The translations under genes and the position numbers were made by a program. A stretch of DNA of 64,000 bases from Candidatus Nomurabacteria bacterium (GTDB taxonomy: Bacteria > Patescibacteriota > Patescibacteriia > Magasanikbacterales > UBA922), in the NCBI GenBank assembly GCA_020632445.1, contig JACKFN010000001.1:11975-75974 (forward strand), written 5' to 3'. Shown here one piece after another: positions 51,703 to 61,480 of the stretch (positions are counted from its first letter, which is position 1; each line of letters opens with the position of its first letter). The notes under the pieces were generated by a model that made no database searches, was not told where the DNA came from, and was given only the letters and a program-made list of their open reading frames with translations.

Positions 51703-51726
51703 ATAAGCAAGCTTTTTTCAACAAAA
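51703..51726 (-). terminator. Rho-independent terminator after rpsI.
   Basis: Minus strand AGAGCCC-aguu-GGGCUCU plus U7. Confidence 0.8.
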
Positions 51727-51758
51727 AAAGAGCCCAACTGGGCTCTCCTCTATATACA

Positions 51759-52154
51759 TTAACGCTTTCTCCATTGGTGTCCGCGACGTGCTCTGCGTCT
51801 ACCAAATTTCTTTCTTTCTTTTGAACGAGAATCACGCGTAAGGAATCCCTTTACCTTCAAAAGTGGCTTGTTTTGCTCATTAAGCTCGACAAGTGCTCTT
51901 GAAATCCCGTGTCTCACTGCTTCACACTGACCATTGATTCCCCCACCTGCAACCTTAACGCTGACGTCAAGCGCACCATCCTTACCAGCCACCTGAAGCG
52001 GCTCAAGAATCGTTTGCTGTTGGAGTTTGTGAGGAAAGTAAACCTTGAAGTCCTTACCGTTTACCGTAATAGTTCCCTTACCAGAAGTAAGCCGGACGCG
52101 TGCTGATGCGGTTTTGCGTCTTCCAATAGCTCTATTTGTATCTGTAGTACTCAT
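51759..52154 (-). CDS. rpsI: 30S ribosomal protein S9.
   Basis: GGGINGQCEAVRHGISRAL…KERKKFGRRRARR. Confidence 0.9.
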   Translation of the reverse strand: MSTTDTNRAIGRRKTASARVRLTSGKGTITVNGKDFKVYFPHKLQQQTILEPLQVAGKDGALDVSVKVAGGGINGQCEAVRHGISRALVELNEQNKPLLKVKGFLTRDSRSKERKKFGRRRARRGHQWRKR

Positions 52155-52155
52155 A

Positions 52156-52512
52156 TTACGCTTCTATGTTTAGTCTCTTAAGCATCTCATTTCTCAGCTT
52201 ATTCTTTGGGAGCATTCCACTCACGGCCCTTCGCATGACGTCTTCAGGACTTTCTTCAAAAACCTTTTTGAGTGAAGTTGTGCGTAAACCTCCAGGAAAC
52301 TGAGTGTGATGATAATAATCCTTTTGAACAAACTTCTTACCGGTAAAATTTACCTTTGATGCATTTACAATCGTTACAAAATCCCCTGCATCAATATGTG
52401 GAGCAAAAGTTGGCTTATTCTTTCCACGAAGGAGCATTGCAGCCTGTGTTGCCACACGTCCGACTGCGAGTCCTTGTGCATCAATGGTGTGTTTTTCTCT
52501 TGCAATATCCAT
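52156..52512 (-). CDS. rplM: 50S ribosomal protein L13.
   Basis: L13 motifs in a 118-aa protein. Adjacent to rpsI. Confidence 0.85.
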   Translation of the reverse strand: MDIAREKHTIDAQGLAVGRVATQAAMLLRGKNKPTFAPHIDAGDFVTIVNASKVNFTGKKFVQKDYYHHTQFPGGLRTTSLKKVFEESPEDVMRRAVSGMLPKNKLRNEMLKRLNIEA

Positions 52513-52516
52513 ATAT

Positions 52517-52870
52517 TTAGTCTACAAACTCAATCTTAGCCATGTCTGCACCGTCATTTCGACGTGGACCAATTTTTACAATGCGAGTATACCCCCCATT
52601 GCGATCTTTATAATTTGGTGCAATATCATGAATAAGCTTATTTACTGCTTCCTGAGTATACAAAACTTTCATGATGCTTCTTCGATCATGAAGTTTTCCT
52701 GCCTTTGCCTTGGTAACAAGCGGTTCAACTACGCTTCGAAGTGCCTTTGCCTTCGCCTGTGTCGTGGTAATGGCACCATGCAAAATCAAACTCTGAGCCA
52801 AATTTCGCATCAAAGCGTCTCTGTGTGCTTTTTCACGTCCAAGTGTGCTTTTCTTACTATTATGTCGCAT
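52517..52870 (-). CDS. rplQ: 50S ribosomal protein L17.
   Basis: Start taken at MRHNSKKSTLGREKAHRDALMRNL. Confidence 0.85.
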   Translation of the reverse strand: MRHNSKKSTLGREKAHRDALMRNLAQSLILHGAITTTQAKAKALRSVVEPLVTKAKAGKLHDRRSIMKVLYTQEAVNKLIHDIAPNYKDRNGGYTRIVKIGPRRNDGADMAKIEFVD

Positions 52871-52871
52871 A

Positions 52872-53564
52872 CTAACCTGCTGCCTCAATAATTGAATTAA
52901 AGTGTTCAACCAGCACTGATGACGCGTTCTTTACTGCCTCTGCAGGTGAAATTGTTCCATTTGTTTCCACCGTCAAAGTAAGCTTTTCGTAATTGGTAAT
53001 GTCACCAACACGGGTGCTGTCTACCTTATACCCAACATCTCGAATTGGTGTATAAAGTGAGTCAATAGCAATTGTACCGAGATCTAAATCTTGAGTCTCT
53101 TTCTCTGAGACAGGAATGTATCCAAATCCGTTTCCAATCGTAATCTGCATATCGAGGGTTTTGCTGTCATCGGTGATGTTAGCAATAACCAAATCCTCAT
53201 TGGCAATTTCAATATCTGCATTTTTTTCAAAATCCGCAGCAGTCACTGGTCCTTTACCTTTTTTACTGAGCGAAAGGGTTACAGGACCATCCGCGTGAGA
53301 CCTGGCCGCGAGCTGCTTAAGGTTCAAAATAACCTCAATGACGTCCTCTTGCACACCCTCAATAGCAGAAAATTCGTGCTGAACACCTTCGATGCGAACT
53401 GATTCCACTGCAGCTCCAGGGAGTGATGACAAAAGGACTCTTCGCAATGAGTTTCCAATGGTTGTACCAAAACCTGTACTACATGGAGTAATGACAACCT
53501 GTCCTATATTTTGTTGGTCTGTATCATTGAATTCAATTGATACTGGTTGAAAAACATTTTCCAT
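52872..53564 (-). CDS. rpoA: DNA-directed RNA polymerase alpha subunit, N-terminal domain only (no alpha-CTD).
   Basis: Aligns to alpha-NTD (GNSLRRVLLSS…EGVQEDVIEVILNLK) over 230 aa, then stops. rplQ starts 2 nt later. Confidence 0.85.
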   Translation of the reverse strand: MENVFQPVSIEFNDTDQQNIGQVVITPCSTGFGTTIGNSLRRVLLSSLPGAAVESVRIEGVQHEFSAIEGVQEDVIEVILNLKQLAARSHADGPVTLSLSKKGKGPVTAADFEKNADIEIANEDLVIANITDDSKTLDMQITIGNGFGYIPVSEKETQDLDLGTIAIDSLYTPIRDVGYKVDSTRVGDITNYEKLTLTVETNGTISPAEAVKNASSVLVEHFNSIIEAAG

Positions 53565-53594
53565 AAGGACTATGGTTATGAGAAATGAATAGAA

Positions 53595-54218
53595 TTATCG
53601 AGTAGCGTAGTACTCAATGATAAATGTAACATTAAATGACTTTTCGAAGTCATCCTCAAGAGGAAGCGAAACCACCTTACCCTGAAGTGACTTAGCGTCA
53701 ATAGTAAGCCATGATGGAAGCTCCAAAGCCTCAACACGATCACTTGCACCATCAAAGATGCCTTTTTTCTTTTTGTTATCCTTTACGTCAATGACATCTC
53801 CTTGCTTTACAATGTATGATGGCACGTTCATTTTCTTACCATTAACCGTAAACATACCATGAGATACCATCTGTCTTGCCTGAGCGCGTGTTGCACCTAG
53901 TCCAAGTCGGTAAATAACATTATCAAAACGTCTTTCAAGAAGAACTTGTAGGTTATGTCCTGAGTCACCTTGTAGACGATTAGCCTCTTGTACGTATTTT
54001 CGGAACTGTCTTTCACGAACTCCGTAAATGTGCTTTGCCTTTTGCTTTTCAGTAAGCTGCTTTCCAAATGAAGAAAGCGACCCCTTACGTCTTGTAGGTC
54101 CATGCACACCCGGTTGCTGATTGAGACGTCTTGCCACTTTTGCAGCATTGGTCTTCAAACCCAGGTTAATACCGAAACGACGTGCAATTTTATTTTTTGG
54201 TCCAATAAATCTTCCCAT
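53595..54218 (-). CDS. rpsD: 30S ribosomal protein S4.
   Basis: MGRFIGPKNKIARRFG…. Confidence 0.9.
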   Translation of the reverse strand: MGRFIGPKNKIARRFGINLGLKTNAAKVARRLNQQPGVHGPTRRKGSLSSFGKQLTEKQKAKHIYGVRERQFRKYVQEANRLQGDSGHNLQVLLERRFDNVIYRLGLGATRAQARQMVSHGMFTVNGKKMNVPSYIVKQGDVIDVKDNKKKKGIFDGASDRVEALELPSWLTIDAKSLQGKVVSLPLEDDFEKSFNVTFIIEYYATR

Positions 54219-54227
54219 ATACTTGTA

Positions 54228-54626
54228 TTATACTCGTCTTCGCTTAGGTGGACGACACCCATTGTGAGGAATCGGAGTGACATCCTTGATAGAAGTGACT
54301 TGCACACCATTGGTGTTAAAAGCACGAATAGCACCTTCACGTCCTCCACCAATACCCTTAACAAATACGCTTACTTCCTTTACTCCATAGCTCTCAATGT
54401 TGTCTACCACCTTTTTGACGATCTGCTGAGCTGCGTATGGAGTCGCTTTCTTTGGCCCCTTAAATCCAACCATACCAGCACTTGCCCAACCAAGAACATT
54501 TCCCTGTTGGTCAGTGACACTGACAATCGTGTTATTAAAGGTAGCCTGAACATACGCATGTGCCTGGCTTACCTGCTTCACGATTTTTTTCTTTTTCTTT
54601 GTAGCTTTTTTTACTGCTTTAGCCAT
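54228..54626 (-). CDS. rpsK: 30S ribosomal protein S11.
   Basis: [18 protein letters not shown]…[14 protein letters not shown]. Confidence 0.9.
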   Translation of the reverse strand: MAKAVKKATKKKKKIVKQVSQAHAYVQATFNNTIVSVTDQQGNVLGWASAGMVGFKGPKKATPYAAQQIVKKVVDNIESYGVKEVSVFVKGIGGGREGAIRAFNTNGVQVTSIKDVTPIPHNGCRPPKRRRV

Positions 54627-54636
54627 ATAACACTAT

Positions 54637-55023
54637 TTAGGTCTTCTGAGCCGGTGGTTTCTTTCCACTGGTAGCCATGTTTCTTACATTCCCTCGAGTC
54701 GTTCGAGAGTTCGTCTTTGTTCTTTGTCCACGGCAAGGAAGTCTCTTTGCGTGACGTGAACCACGATAGCTCTTAATATCCTTTAAACGTTTAATGTTTG
54801 CGGTAACTTCACGACGAAGATCTCCCTCCACAGTATAACTCTTTTCAACGATAGCACGGATAGTATCTTCCTGGTCTTGACTGAGATCTTTCACACGTGT
54901 TGATTCGTCAACTTTTGCTTGTGACAAAATAGCCTTTGCACGTGTTGGGCCAATACCATATACATAGGTAAGCGCAATGATAATACGCTTTTGCTTTGGA
55001 ATGTTTACACCTGAAACTCTCAT
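54637..55023 (-). CDS. rpsM: 30S ribosomal protein S13.
   Basis: Start at MRVSGVNIPKQKRIIIALTYVYGIG. Confidence 0.9.
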   Translation of the reverse strand: MRVSGVNIPKQKRIIIALTYVYGIGPTRAKAILSQAKVDESTRVKDLSQDQEDTIRAIVEKSYTVEGDLRREVTANIKRLKDIKSYRGSRHAKRLPCRGQRTKTNSRTTRGNVRNMATSGKKPPAQKT

Positions 55024-55027
55024 AGGT

Positions 55028-55168
55028 TTATGCATTTGCTTTTTTACGTTGCTTTTGCCCCTGACGTTGCTTGTGTCTTGGGTTTTCGCAAATAACATGC
55101 AAGGCGTTTTGTCTACGTACTACCTTGCACTTTTGACAGCGTTTTTTTACTGATGCTTGTACTTTCAT
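55028..55168 (-). CDS. rpmJ: 50S ribosomal protein L36.
   Basis: [37 protein letters not shown]. Confidence 0.85.
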   Translation of the reverse strand: MKVQASVKKRCQKCKVVRRQNALHVICENPRHKQRQGQKQRKKANA

Positions 55169-55258
55169 ACTATAGTAACAAAAAAATACCAACCACTGCC
55201 GCGATATCTCTGCTTGGCCAACAAGGGCTAAGCTCCACCGCACCGGCTGATATTAGAC

Positions 55259-55477
55259 TTAGAAACGATACGTAATTCGTCCTTTTGTAAGATCGTATGG
55301 AGTAAGTTCAACTTTGACCTCATCTCCTACACCAAGTCTGATAGAATACATACGCATCTTACCAGAAAGGTGTGCAATGATCTCATGACCGTTGTCAAAC
55401 GCAACCCTGAATTTAGCTCCAGGGAGGAGTTCTTCTACGACTCCTTTCATTTCAACAACATCGGTTTTCTTTGCCAT
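55259..55477 (-). CDS. infA: Translation initiation factor IF-1.
   Basis: 72 aa, [25 protein letters not shown]…. Confidence 0.9.
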   Translation of the reverse strand: MAKKTDVVEMKGVVEELLPGAKFRVAFDNGHEIIAHLSGKMRMYSIRLGVGDEVKVELTPYDLTKGRITYRF

Positions 55478-55499
55478 GAACTAATTTTACTTCGCCAAT

Positions 55500-55529
55500 A
55501 GTATACAAAAATGTCTAAAACCTGTCAAG
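55500..55529 (-). promoter_or_regulatory. Sigma70-like promoter for infA and the ribosomal cluster.
   Basis: Minus strand TTGACA, 17 nt, TATACT, about 25 nt upstream of infA. Confidence 0.5.
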
Positions 55530-55651
55530 TTTAAGACAATCTGGCTGATAAGTGAATAATTTGTCTAATTTTAGTCATTTTGTAATAGTATAGCACAAAT
55601 AAGAAATCTGAGAAAGAGAGTTATGCACAGGGAAAAAAGTACATTTGTATA

Positions 55652-56059
55652 CTATGTCTTATATACCCACTTTTTAAAGAGTGCAAAGTTCCAGGCCACT
55701 GAGGCCACAATGTTAACCACACGCACGAGCAGCGCATCATACCCACGAATTTCTGCAAAAAAATGCATCACACCTACGGCAACAGCATAATTCATTGCCG
55801 TCAGTGCAAGATATCGAACAAATTGCTGATGCGGCATCGCCTGACTCTTGAATGACCAGTACTTATTTAGGGAAAAGTTGTACGCAATAATGAAAACCTG
55901 GTTGACAACTACTGAAAGGGTCGGTGACCATCCGAGCAGGTTGCGTAGTATATGAAGACTTCCAAGATCGAGCGCTGTGCCGCTGGTGCCAACCACTGCG
56001 TAACGCAAAAATTGATCACGACTTTCCCAAAAAAATTTAGCTGCTTTTTTGATGGGCAT
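55652..56059 (-). CDS. GtrA-family membrane protein.
   Basis: FLRYAVVGTSGTALDLG…NKYWSF. Confidence 0.75.
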   Translation of the reverse strand: MPIKKAAKFFWESRDQFLRYAVVGTSGTALDLGSLHILRNLLGWSPTLSVVVNQVFIIAYNFSLNKYWSFKSQAMPHQQFVRYLALTAMNYAVAVGVMHFFAEIRGYDALLVRVVNIVASVAWNFALFKKWVYKT

Positions 56060-56068
56060 GTTTGTAGG

Positions 56069-58024
56069 TTACTCAAGAATTGCCTTGATGCGACGAACGC
56101 CTGCACTACATGATTCCTCCTTAGTAATGGTGAACTTTCCAAGCACACCGGTATGCTCTACATGAGGACCGCCACAAATCTCACGACTAAACGTCGGCTC
56201 ATCGGGATTGGCATTTCCTGGATGACTTGGATCGCCGACAGTGTATACCTTTACAACCTCATCATACTTTTCTGGAAAAAATCCAATAACTTTTTGTCCA
56301 TACGCGTCATCAACCTTCATTTCCTGCCACGTGACTGGGTAATCTCTGGCAATCGCACCGTTTACTAACTGTTCAACCTTGACAATCTGCTGGTCAGTCA
56401 TTTTTTCAGGGTGTGAAAAATCGAATCGAAGCCGCTCTGGCGTGATGTTACTTCCCTTTTGCTGTACGTGATCACCGAGCACAGCGCGAAGCGCAATGTG
56501 CAAAAGATGTGTTGCGGTATGATACTTCACACTCATATCGCTGTGATCCGCTAAACCTCCTTTGAACTTTTGATCAGCGCCCTGACGTGAAACTTCTTGG
56601 TGTTTTTTAAACTGTGCCTCAAATGCTCGTGCAAGCTTGTGTTCGTCGACTGAAAAACCGAGCTTTTCAATAAACTCAAGAAATATTTCAAAAGGAAGCC
56701 CATGTGTTTGGTACAAGTCTGATGAAATCCCCGCAAGCTTCTCATATGCTGCATCATCAGCATTATCATTGGAAAGCCCTTCAAGAAGCTTTTTGATATC
56801 ATCTTCAATCTTTTGATATTGCTTTTGCGCTCGATCAAGTGCCTTTCGAAACTTTTCCTCTTCCTTTTGGAGAACACCGACTATTTCAGATCTTCTTTCT
56901 TCGAGCTCACTATAAGCATCCTTGTACGTATCTATAACCGCACCACTTGCTCTCTCGACAAAGTTCTCCGTAATCCCCAGTCGTGTAGAAAACTGAATAG
57001 CACGTCTGACAAGACGTCTTGTAAAGTAGCCTTGATCTTTATTCGAAGGATACGCCCCATCAGAAATGAGAAAAACAGCAGCGCGCATATGGTCAAGGAT
57101 GACACGAAAAGCCATGGTGTCTTGCTCATCTTCACCATATATTTTCCCTGAGAGCTCTTCAAGTGTTGCACGAACACCATCAAACAGGTCAATTTTGAAA
57201 ATATCATTTTGGTTAAACACGGCTGCAGCGACTCTTTCCAATCCTCCTCCAAAATCGACGTTTTGCTGGGCGAGTTTTTCAAATCCACCATTTACCTTCT
57301 GGTATTCCATGAACACATTATTGCCAATTTCTACAAAACGGCCACAATCACAGTTGACGTGACAAGGCTCATTTTTCCACTTCGATGCTTCATGAAGGCC
57401 CAGTGACGCACCAAAATCCCAAAACATCTCGGTATCGGGTCCACCAGGCTCACCGTCTGGCATATTCTGTGGCAGACCAGATCTACTCCACCAGTTCTTT
57501 TTTTCACTGTAGTAAAAAATTCTTCCTCCCTGCATGCCTTTTTGCTCAGCATCTTCTACTATTTTTGCCTCTATTCCCTTACTCTCAAAAAGCCCTTGCC
57601 AAAGTTTGGCTGAAATTTCATCCCGTGGGATTCCCAATTCCTCACTTCCCACAAAACAGGTCACATACAAGTTGCTCACATCAAGTCCAAGCTCCTGTGT
57701 TAAAAATTCCCACATCCATGGAATCTGTTCTTCCTTAAAATAATCCCCAAGACTCCAGTTTCCGAGCATCTCGAAAAAAGTTGTGTGTCGGTTATCTCCA
57801 ACCTCATCAATGTCCTGAGCGCGAAAACACCTCTGTGAATCGGCGATACGTGTTCCTTTGGGATGCTTTTGCCCAAGAAGATACGAAATCATTGGCTGCA
57901 TGCCAGAACCCGTAAACAGTGTCGTCGGGTCATTATCTGGCAAAAGCGAAGCAGAAGCAATAATTTCATGCTGCTTTTTTTGAAAAAAATCAAAATATTT
58001 TTGTCGAATTTGATTGGTTGTCAT
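56069..58024 (-). CDS. alaS: Alanyl-tRNA synthetase lacking the C-terminal C-Ala domain.
   Basis: N-terminal catalytic motifs and the editing-domain HxxxH / CxxxH (HTATHLLH, CGGPHV). Only about 650 aa, compared with roughly 875 aa for canonical bacterial AlaRS (from memory). Confidence 0.85.
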   Translation of the reverse strand: MTTNQIRQKYFDFFQKKQHEIIASASLLPDNDPTTLFTGSGMQPMISYLLGQKHPKGTRIADSQRCFRAQDIDEVGDNRHTTFFEMLGNWSLGDYFKEEQIPWMWEFLTQELGLDVSNLYVTCFVGSEELGIPRDEISAKLWQGLFESKGIEAKIVEDAEQKGMQGGRIFYYSEKKNWWSRSGLPQNMPDGEPGGPDTEMFWDFGASLGLHEASKWKNEPCHVNCDCGRFVEIGNNVFMEYQKVNGGFEKLAQQNVDFGGGLERVAAAVFNQNDIFKIDLFDGVRATLEELSGKIYGEDEQDTMAFRVILDHMRAAVFLISDGAYPSNKDQGYFTRRLVRRAIQFSTRLGITENFVERASGAVIDTYKDAYSELEERRSEIVGVLQKEEEKFRKALDRAQKQYQKIEDDIKKLLEGLSNDNADDAAYEKLAGISSDLYQTHGLPFEIFLEFIEKLGFSVDEHKLARAFEAQFKKHQEVSRQGADQKFKGGLADHSDMSVKYHTATHLLHIALRAVLGDHVQQKGSNITPERLRFDFSHPEKMTDQQIVKVEQLVNGAIARDYPVTWQEMKVDDAYGQKVIGFFPEKYDEVVKVYTVGDPSHPGNANPDEPTFSREICGGPHVEHTGVLGKFTITKEESCSAGVRRIKAILE

Positions 58025-58032
58025 ACTACGCT

Positions 58033-59121
58033 TTAAACTATTTCCCCCCCACCGAGACACTCGTCGCTTGTATACAATACCGCAAACTGCCCAGGAGTTA
58101 CTGACCTTTGAGAATGATCAAACTTGAGAAGCACTGCACCGTCCACTTCGGATATGAGGCATTCTTGTAATTCTTGCCTATGGCGAAGCCTTACCCTGCA
58201 TTCTAACGGAAAATCCGGCCGCTGTCCACTAATCCAGTGCACATTTTCCAGGAAAACTTCTTGCGTATGGATAAGTGGGTCATCATCAAACCCCACAATA
58301 AGCTCGTTGCGCTCAAAATCCTTCTTCAAAACAAAAAGTGGCTTCGTATTGTCCCCTCCACCGAGTTGGCTCACGATTTTTGATTTTAGACCTCTAATTT
58401 TTGCATGCCTTTGTCCAATCGTATAAAATGCCAAGCCCTCATGCTCACCTATTTCCTCTCCACTGCTCAAACGAACAATGCCGACATTTTTTTTGATCTT
58501 TTGCTGCAGAAATTCATTTATCGGAATCTCACCAACAAAACAAATACCCATTGATTCCTCACGATCAGCATTGGGAAGGTCAAATTTCTGGGCAAGTTTT
58601 CTGACTTCATCTTTTGTATACCCACCAAGAGGAAACAAAACATGCCTGAGTTGCTCTGAAGTGACCTGGTGCAAAAAATACGTTTGATCCTTGTTTTCAT
58701 CCTTTGCCATAAGCAATTTTCCATCCTCAACAGCGGCATAGTGACCAGTCGCCATAGCATCAAATCCCATTTCCATTGCCTTTTGAAGCCACGCATCGAA
58801 CTTGATAAACTTATTGCACATGACATCGGGATTAGGTGTCTTCCCTTTTTCATATTGCTCAAACATATACCCCATCACCCATTCCTTATATGCTTTCTCA
58901 AAGTCAAGAGTGACAAAAGGAATCTCAAGCTTTGCGGCAACACGCATGGCATCACGACGATCTTGCTTCCAGCTGCACACCCCTGAGATATCCTTGCCGT
59001 CGCTCCACTGTTTCATGTATGCGCCAGTCACCTCATAGCCTTGATCTAAAAGCAAAGCAGCGCTGACCGACGAATCAACACCACCAGAAAGACACACCAG
59101 TATTTTTTTTGCTTGTTTCAT
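58033..59121 (-). CDS. mnmA: tRNA-specific 2-thiouridylase MnmA.
   Basis: PP-loop SGGVDSS, 362 aa. Confidence 0.9.
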   Translation of the reverse strand: MKQAKKILVCLSGGVDSSVSAALLLDQGYEVTGAYMKQWSDGKDISGVCSWKQDRRDAMRVAAKLEIPFVTLDFEKAYKEWVMGYMFEQYEKGKTPNPDVMCNKFIKFDAWLQKAMEMGFDAMATGHYAAVEDGKLLMAKDENKDQTYFLHQVTSEQLRHVLFPLGGYTKDEVRKLAQKFDLPNADREESMGICFVGEIPINEFLQQKIKKNVGIVRLSSGEEIGEHEGLAFYTIGQRHAKIRGLKSKIVSQLGGGDNTKPLFVLKKDFERNELIVGFDDDPLIHTQEVFLENVHWISGQRPDFPLECRVRLRHRQELQECLISEVDGAVLLKFDHSQRSVTPGQFAVLYTSDECLGGGEIV

Positions 59122-59123
59122 GT

Positions 59124-59750
59124 TTATAGCTCACAAGGAACGATGGCACTTCTGTTCCTCTGCTGAAAATACGCATCAATAGGTTCCATCATCTTATGCT
59201 TCTCAATAAGCCCTCTGGCCTTTGGAGTTCGAACAAAATAGTAACAATGGTACCGAAAGCGCAAATCCGTATCGATGTCTAGTGTCGGATGAAATGCACA
59301 AAACTCCTGAAGACGTTTTATTCCCGACTGACCAAAAACATCGAGCTTGTCGGCATCGCGCAAAATGATCGCACTCATGTAGTCGTCGGCAACGTCGTTC
59401 CAGTGCCATCGCACCCCATACAAAATTTCCATTTTTGCTTCATCAGGCAAACTTTTAAGCACTTCATCTTCTCGAAACCAGACACGCAGTAAGTCATAAG
59501 AAAGTTCGTGATGACGTTTTTTTTCTGGATTATCGTGAAATTCGGAAGCTCTACCCACGTCATGCATGATAGCAGAAAGCTCTGACATAAAAACATCTTC
59601 TCCTTCTGCTATAGCGATCTGCTTTGCCCAATGAGCCACACGCTCGGCATGATCTAGGCCATGTGCGGGTGCAGGATATGCTTCAAAAAGAGCCCTAACT
59701 TTTTTATACGCATGATCTATTATTTTTTGCTCTCTGTCAGTATAACCCAT
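59124..59750 (-). CDS. HD-domain phosphohydrolase.
   Basis: H…HD motif (IMHDVGR) and a further His/Asp. Confidence 0.65.
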   Translation of the reverse strand: MGYTDREQKIIDHAYKKVRALFEAYPAPAHGLDHAERVAHWAKQIAIAEGEDVFMSELSAIMHDVGRASEFHDNPEKKRHHELSYDLLRVWFREDEVLKSLPDEAKMEILYGVRWHWNDVADDYMSAIILRDADKLDVFGQSGIKRLQEFCAFHPTLDIDTDLRFRYHCYYFVRTPKARGLIEKHKMMEPIDAYFQQRNRSAIVPCEL

Positions 59751-59752
59751 AG

Positions 59753-60772
59753 CTATAATCCACGAAAAAGAGGAACCCCATTGTTCGGATTGGTCGGCAC
59801 ATAAATGGTTCCTTCTCTGTCCTTAAGACTTTGAATGTACAAATATTGCAAGTAATTTTGCGTTAGGCTCTCTGCAATGATTCTTTGGGAGTCACGCTGC
59901 CCTGCCGCTTCTACACGCTTACGCTGGGCCTCCTTCTCTTCTTTCTGTAAAAGAAAATCGTATCGTTGAGCATCCTGCTCAGCCTCCAACTTGAGCTGAA
60001 TACTGTTTGCCAGTCTGTCTGGAAGCTGAACGTTTCTCAAAAGCACATCTTCTACCACAATTCCACGATCGAGGAGTGCATGAGTTAGCTGGTCAAGGAT
60101 GGCCTGAGATGCCTCCTGACGCTTGGATGAATAGATATCCTTGGCCTCATACTGCGCAATCACTTCTCTGATAACACTTCGAATCTGCGGTCGAATAAGG
60201 ACCTCATCATAGTCAAGGCCAATTCCTTCGTATACCTCAGATGCATTATCTTGTTCAAGATGATACAGCACGGTAATATCCAAATCAACATCAAGGCCTT
60301 CTTTAGTAAGGGCTCGGATAGCATCAGCGCCAGTTCTTTGTCCCTCGCCATGAGTAATGCTCATCGTATAGTCATGAGTACGGATACTCATTTTGGTAAC
60401 GCGCATAAACGGATTTTTGAAATGAAAACCAGAATGAAGTTCTTGGCTGCGCACTTTTCCGAAAACACTTCCCACACCGGTCTGTCCAGCCTCTATCACG
60501 GTGAAAAAAGCGCCTGCAAATGGTAGAACTGCTATTATAATCAAAACGATAACGAACCATTTTGCGAATTTTTTCCCCTTTCGTAGGTCTATTGTTTCCA
60601 TACGTGATCTATTTGAATTAAACACTGATTGAAACCCATGCTGCTTGATGATGTAGAGCAGGTATGCAGCACCTGCGATGACAAAAATGGGCGCCTTGAT
60701 AGCAATACCTAGAAGTACAGCTACCCCCGCAAGTATCATTCTCTGTCTATCTGTCTGTTCGAATTTTGCCAT
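59753..60772 (-). CDS. SPFH / band-7 domain membrane protein.
   Basis: N-terminal transmembrane segments, an SPFH core and a coiled-coil C-terminus. Confidence 0.75.
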   Translation of the reverse strand: MAKFEQTDRQRMILAGVAVLLGIAIKAPIFVIAGAAYLLYIIKQHGFQSVFNSNRSRMETIDLRKGKKFAKWFVIVLIIIAVLPFAGAFFTVIEAGQTGVGSVFGKVRSQELHSGFHFKNPFMRVTKMSIRTHDYTMSITHGEGQRTGADAIRALTKEGLDVDLDITVLYHLEQDNASEVYEGIGLDYDEVLIRPQIRSVIREVIAQYEAKDIYSSKRQEASQAILDQLTHALLDRGIVVEDVLLRNVQLPDRLANSIQLKLEAEQDAQRYDFLLQKEEKEAQRKRVEAAGQRDSQRIIAESLTQNYLQYLYIQSLKDREGTIYVPTNPNNGVPLFRGL

Positions 60773-60775
60773 AAT

Positions 60776-61177
60776 TTACTCCTTTGACTCACTGGTATAG
60801 GTATCATCAAACTCAAATCCAGCATAGGTAAAGAGAAGAAAAATAAGTATGTACTCTGCTAGCAACCTCCAGTCAGCAAAGAATGCAGCGACGCTCCCTG
60901 CAGTTTGATTCGGCACCCTTAGCAGAAGGTCAGCAACAATACTTACTATAATGGCAACCAATCCAAGCATAGCTCCCTTTCCGGGTGTAGGGGGAGAATC
61001 ATTTTTAAAGTGCCATTTTGCAGAAGCAAGGACAATTGGAATGCTCAAAATGGCCATGAAAATATGAAATGCCCCCTCAGACCAATCTAGGCCAGCAAAT
61101 TCCATGAGGATAATAGCCAAAAGCGAAAGCACAATGTAAAAAATGAAACCAGCACCAAGCGCACGAGAATAATTCAT
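60776..61177 (-). CDS. Small integral membrane protein of unknown function.
   Basis: Four transmembrane segments, co-oriented with and adjacent to the SPFH gene. Confidence 0.4.
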   Translation of the reverse strand: MNYSRALGAGFIFYIVLSLLAIILMEFAGLDWSEGAFHIFMAILSIPIVLASAKWHFKNDSPPTPGKGAMLGLVAIIVSIVADLLLRVPNQTAGSVAAFFADWRLLAEYILIFLLFTYAGFEFDDTYTSESKE

Positions 61178-61237
61178 ATTTTTTTAGCTAAATTTAGATA
61201 AAAATTACACTTACTCACAGTAGTATACCATAAACAC

Positions 61238-61266
61238 TTGACAAAATCAATTACCTATGCTATAAT
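61238..61266 (+). promoter_or_regulatory. Consensus sigma70 promoter with an extended -10.
   Basis: TTGACA, 17 nt, TGcTATAAT. The same TGCTATAAT box recurs at 61442-61450. Confidence 0.6.
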
Positions 61267-61270
61267 ATGG

Positions 61271-61480
61271 TGTCACGTTGAAGTGATGATCTACCCCTTT
61301 GGGGGTATTGATTCCCCAGACGTGACAGGTGGGTAGAAAGTTGAGCGGTCTTCGGGCCGCTCCTTTCGTTTGTAATGGGAATGTGTGCTTTTACCTATCG
61401 CACTGCAAAAGGAGACAAATGCGGACAGATTGCTGCATCTTTGCTATAATGATACACACGTATCTTTTTTTTATTTCAAA
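61271..61480 (+). ncRNA. Structured 5' leader, about 210 nt, a candidate riboswitch/attenuator of unknown class, upstream of the SemiSWEET-like gene.
   Basis: Closing helix UGUCACG/CGUGACA (61271-61277, 61321-61327) encloses mutually exclusive hairpins CCCC-UUU-GGGG and GGGG-UAUUGAUU-CCCC. A terminator-like GAGCGGUCUUCGGGCCGCUC plus U-rich tract lies at 61343-61372. Confidence 0.4.

Noticed and set aside
55169-55258. 90-nt spacer between infA and rpmJ as a possible small RNA or tRNA fragment
   Set aside because: It is moderately GC-rich (…GGCCAACAAGGGCTAAGCTCCACCGCACCGG…) but has no tRNA arms and no conserved motif recognisable by eye. It is most likely an untranslated spacer with local structure.
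61265-61330. Fluoride (crcB) or ZTP riboswitch assignment for the SemiSWEET leader
   Set aside because: Short matches (AUGGUGU, UGAUGAUCUAC; CGUGACAGG) exist. However, the required P1 stem and pseudoknot partners are missing, the AUGGUGU lies within the -10 box upstream of the likely TSS, and the downstream gene is not a fluoride or purine gene.
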